A DNA stretch of 64,000 nt from Acanthaster planci (lineage: Eukaryota), in assembly GCF_001949145.1 (NCBI RefSeq), contig NW_019091356.1, forward strand, positions 861,660-925,659, read 5' to 3'. A program made the position numbers and the translations under genes. Positions 62,335 through 64,000 of the stretch are shown here, piece by piece (the stretch's first letter is position 1; each line of letters opens with the position of its first letter). The notes under the pieces were generated by a model. It made no database searches. It was not told where the DNA came from and saw only the letters and a program-made list of their open reading frames with translations.

Positions 62335-64000
62335 TGATTCCCTATTTTAAGTATACATTTGAAATTTTATTGTAAATATAAAGGCTTTACGCGTTGTTGC
62401 AAAAACTAATGGCAAAGAATTTGAGGTTGTATTTTTTGCTGATAGATGTTCGAAAGATAATTTTAGAGGATTTATTGCAAGACCAGTCAGCTGAGGTTTG
62501 TTTTTGAGAAAGAAAACTAAAGGGATGGTTGAAAAAAGCACTGGCCATAGAGTTATTTTTAAATTAAAAAAAATTCATATAAATTGCTAACATTTTAACA
62601 GAGTGAGTGCAGAGGTTTTGTTAGTTTTATTTTGACAAGTGAGATACATATCTCAACAGCGGAGTGAAAACATGGACCGATACTCAGTTTCTAGTATGGC
62701 TTGTTATTAATTTATTTAGGTTTGCTTGTTTTGAAGATTTTAAGAATTTCCAGTCTTTCAGTTTTTCCAATTACATCCGATGATTTGGGACAGTTGCTTT
62801 TTTAAAGACAGTATGCTCAGAGCCACAAAAGATTGCTTAATAGCAAAAAAATGTTGTGAAAGCCAAAAGGGTGTGCACAGTGTTGCGTTCTCTGTTGATA
62901 GTTAAAATATATGTATGATGGTTTGCTTCACAATGTTTCTTTATTAGTTCCATAGCAATCATTCTGCAGTGCAAAAGTACATATGTGCTCATTCATTTAG
63001 ATAGATGACCAGTCTTTTTGGGTGTGGACTTGCAAGTCAATCACAGGTTAAATGTGATGTGGCAGTATGGTCCAATACATGCATACAGGTTTAGCTCTGT
63101 TTCCTATAGAGGCTTTGCATGGTAGCCGTCTCACAGGAGAGTTAAAAATGGTATACAGGTTTCCCTGTGGAACCAAGGGACTGCCCTGCACGATGGCTAC
63201 CATGCAGAGCCTGTTTGAGGCTCTTGGTTTCATTGGAGTAATCACACAGCAAATAACATGATATAAATTTGTTCTTGATATTGGTACAAATTTTCTGTTT
63301 TTGCAAATACTGATCAACTTTGTAAAAGGAAATCTGGTGATTCCATTCATATGAAATCAGTTTTGTGCTATGAGGTCAGACAAAGGTCAGGAGGTACACA
63401 AATTGATGTTACATGAAAAGATCAGATGTGGGTCATAATCCATTCTGCAGGTTTCAAAAGAAAATGCTTTCTTTCATGTAGGTATAGATATTATAGAGAA
63501 AGTAGTAAAATTTATGTTTAATGAGAAAACGTAGGTCTTTGTATATAATATGAAGTATTATGGATAGGTCACCAAATTGTTATTTGTGCAACAAAAAAGA
63601 TGTGTGAATGTAAAAGTTAGCATTAGATCAAACAATTATGCTTGTATGACAATCATTAAAGGACGCCGTGTTTTTAATGATTGGTCAGTCACACTTGGCT
63701 AACTTGTGGTTTTTTCCCTTTCATTTCCTACTGGTATGGGGAACAGTCCAGAAGCATACATTGGTACGGGTAATGACACTCCATCTTGGCCTGATTGATA
63801 GTTTTGTCTGGACCTTAGATTTTTTGGAGAATCAACTTTAAAATGTGATGCAGTTTTTAAAGGAATTGAAGTATAAGGGAAAAACGAGAATCGATGAGAT
63901 TGATGAAATTATTGAATGTATTTGGCATTCAACCAAATTAGGAGTTCTCTAAAGTTGATTATAGGAAGAATTTTTAGTTTACGACAAAAACTCTGGAAAC

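Overview
Eukaryotic, intron-rich, AT-rich genomic DNA, most likely from a bilaterian invertebrate (inferred from animal-type proteins and exon structure; the species cannot be determined). Manual splicing gives five protein-coding genes: COMMD4 (+, 1063-4130, ATG exon unresolved), mitochondrial-type serine hydroxymethyltransferase SHMT2 (-, 7636-17643, 12 exons, 500 aa), phosphoserine aminotransferase PSAT1 (+, 22372-25990, 9 exons, 365 aa), HDDC3/MESH1 (+, 30084-32871, 3 exons, 184 aa) and a type II coronin (CORO2-like; +, 49266-59725, about 700 aa with a long Ser-rich linker). The most interesting feature is the head-to-head SHMT/PSAT1 pair, two PLP enzymes of serine synthesis and serine use. 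The spacer holds candidate minus-strand exons that could make a targeting-peptide-less SHMT isoform from the PSAT1 promoter. Other observations are a GC-AG intron, microexons and candidate alternative first exons in coronin, convergent poly(A) signals, several MITE-like or fold-back elements, and an 80-bp x3 tandem repeat inside one of them. Gene names come from recalled family motifs; no database search was run. Most ORFs in the supplied track are spurious. No rRNA, tRNA, CRISPR array or autonomous transposon was found.
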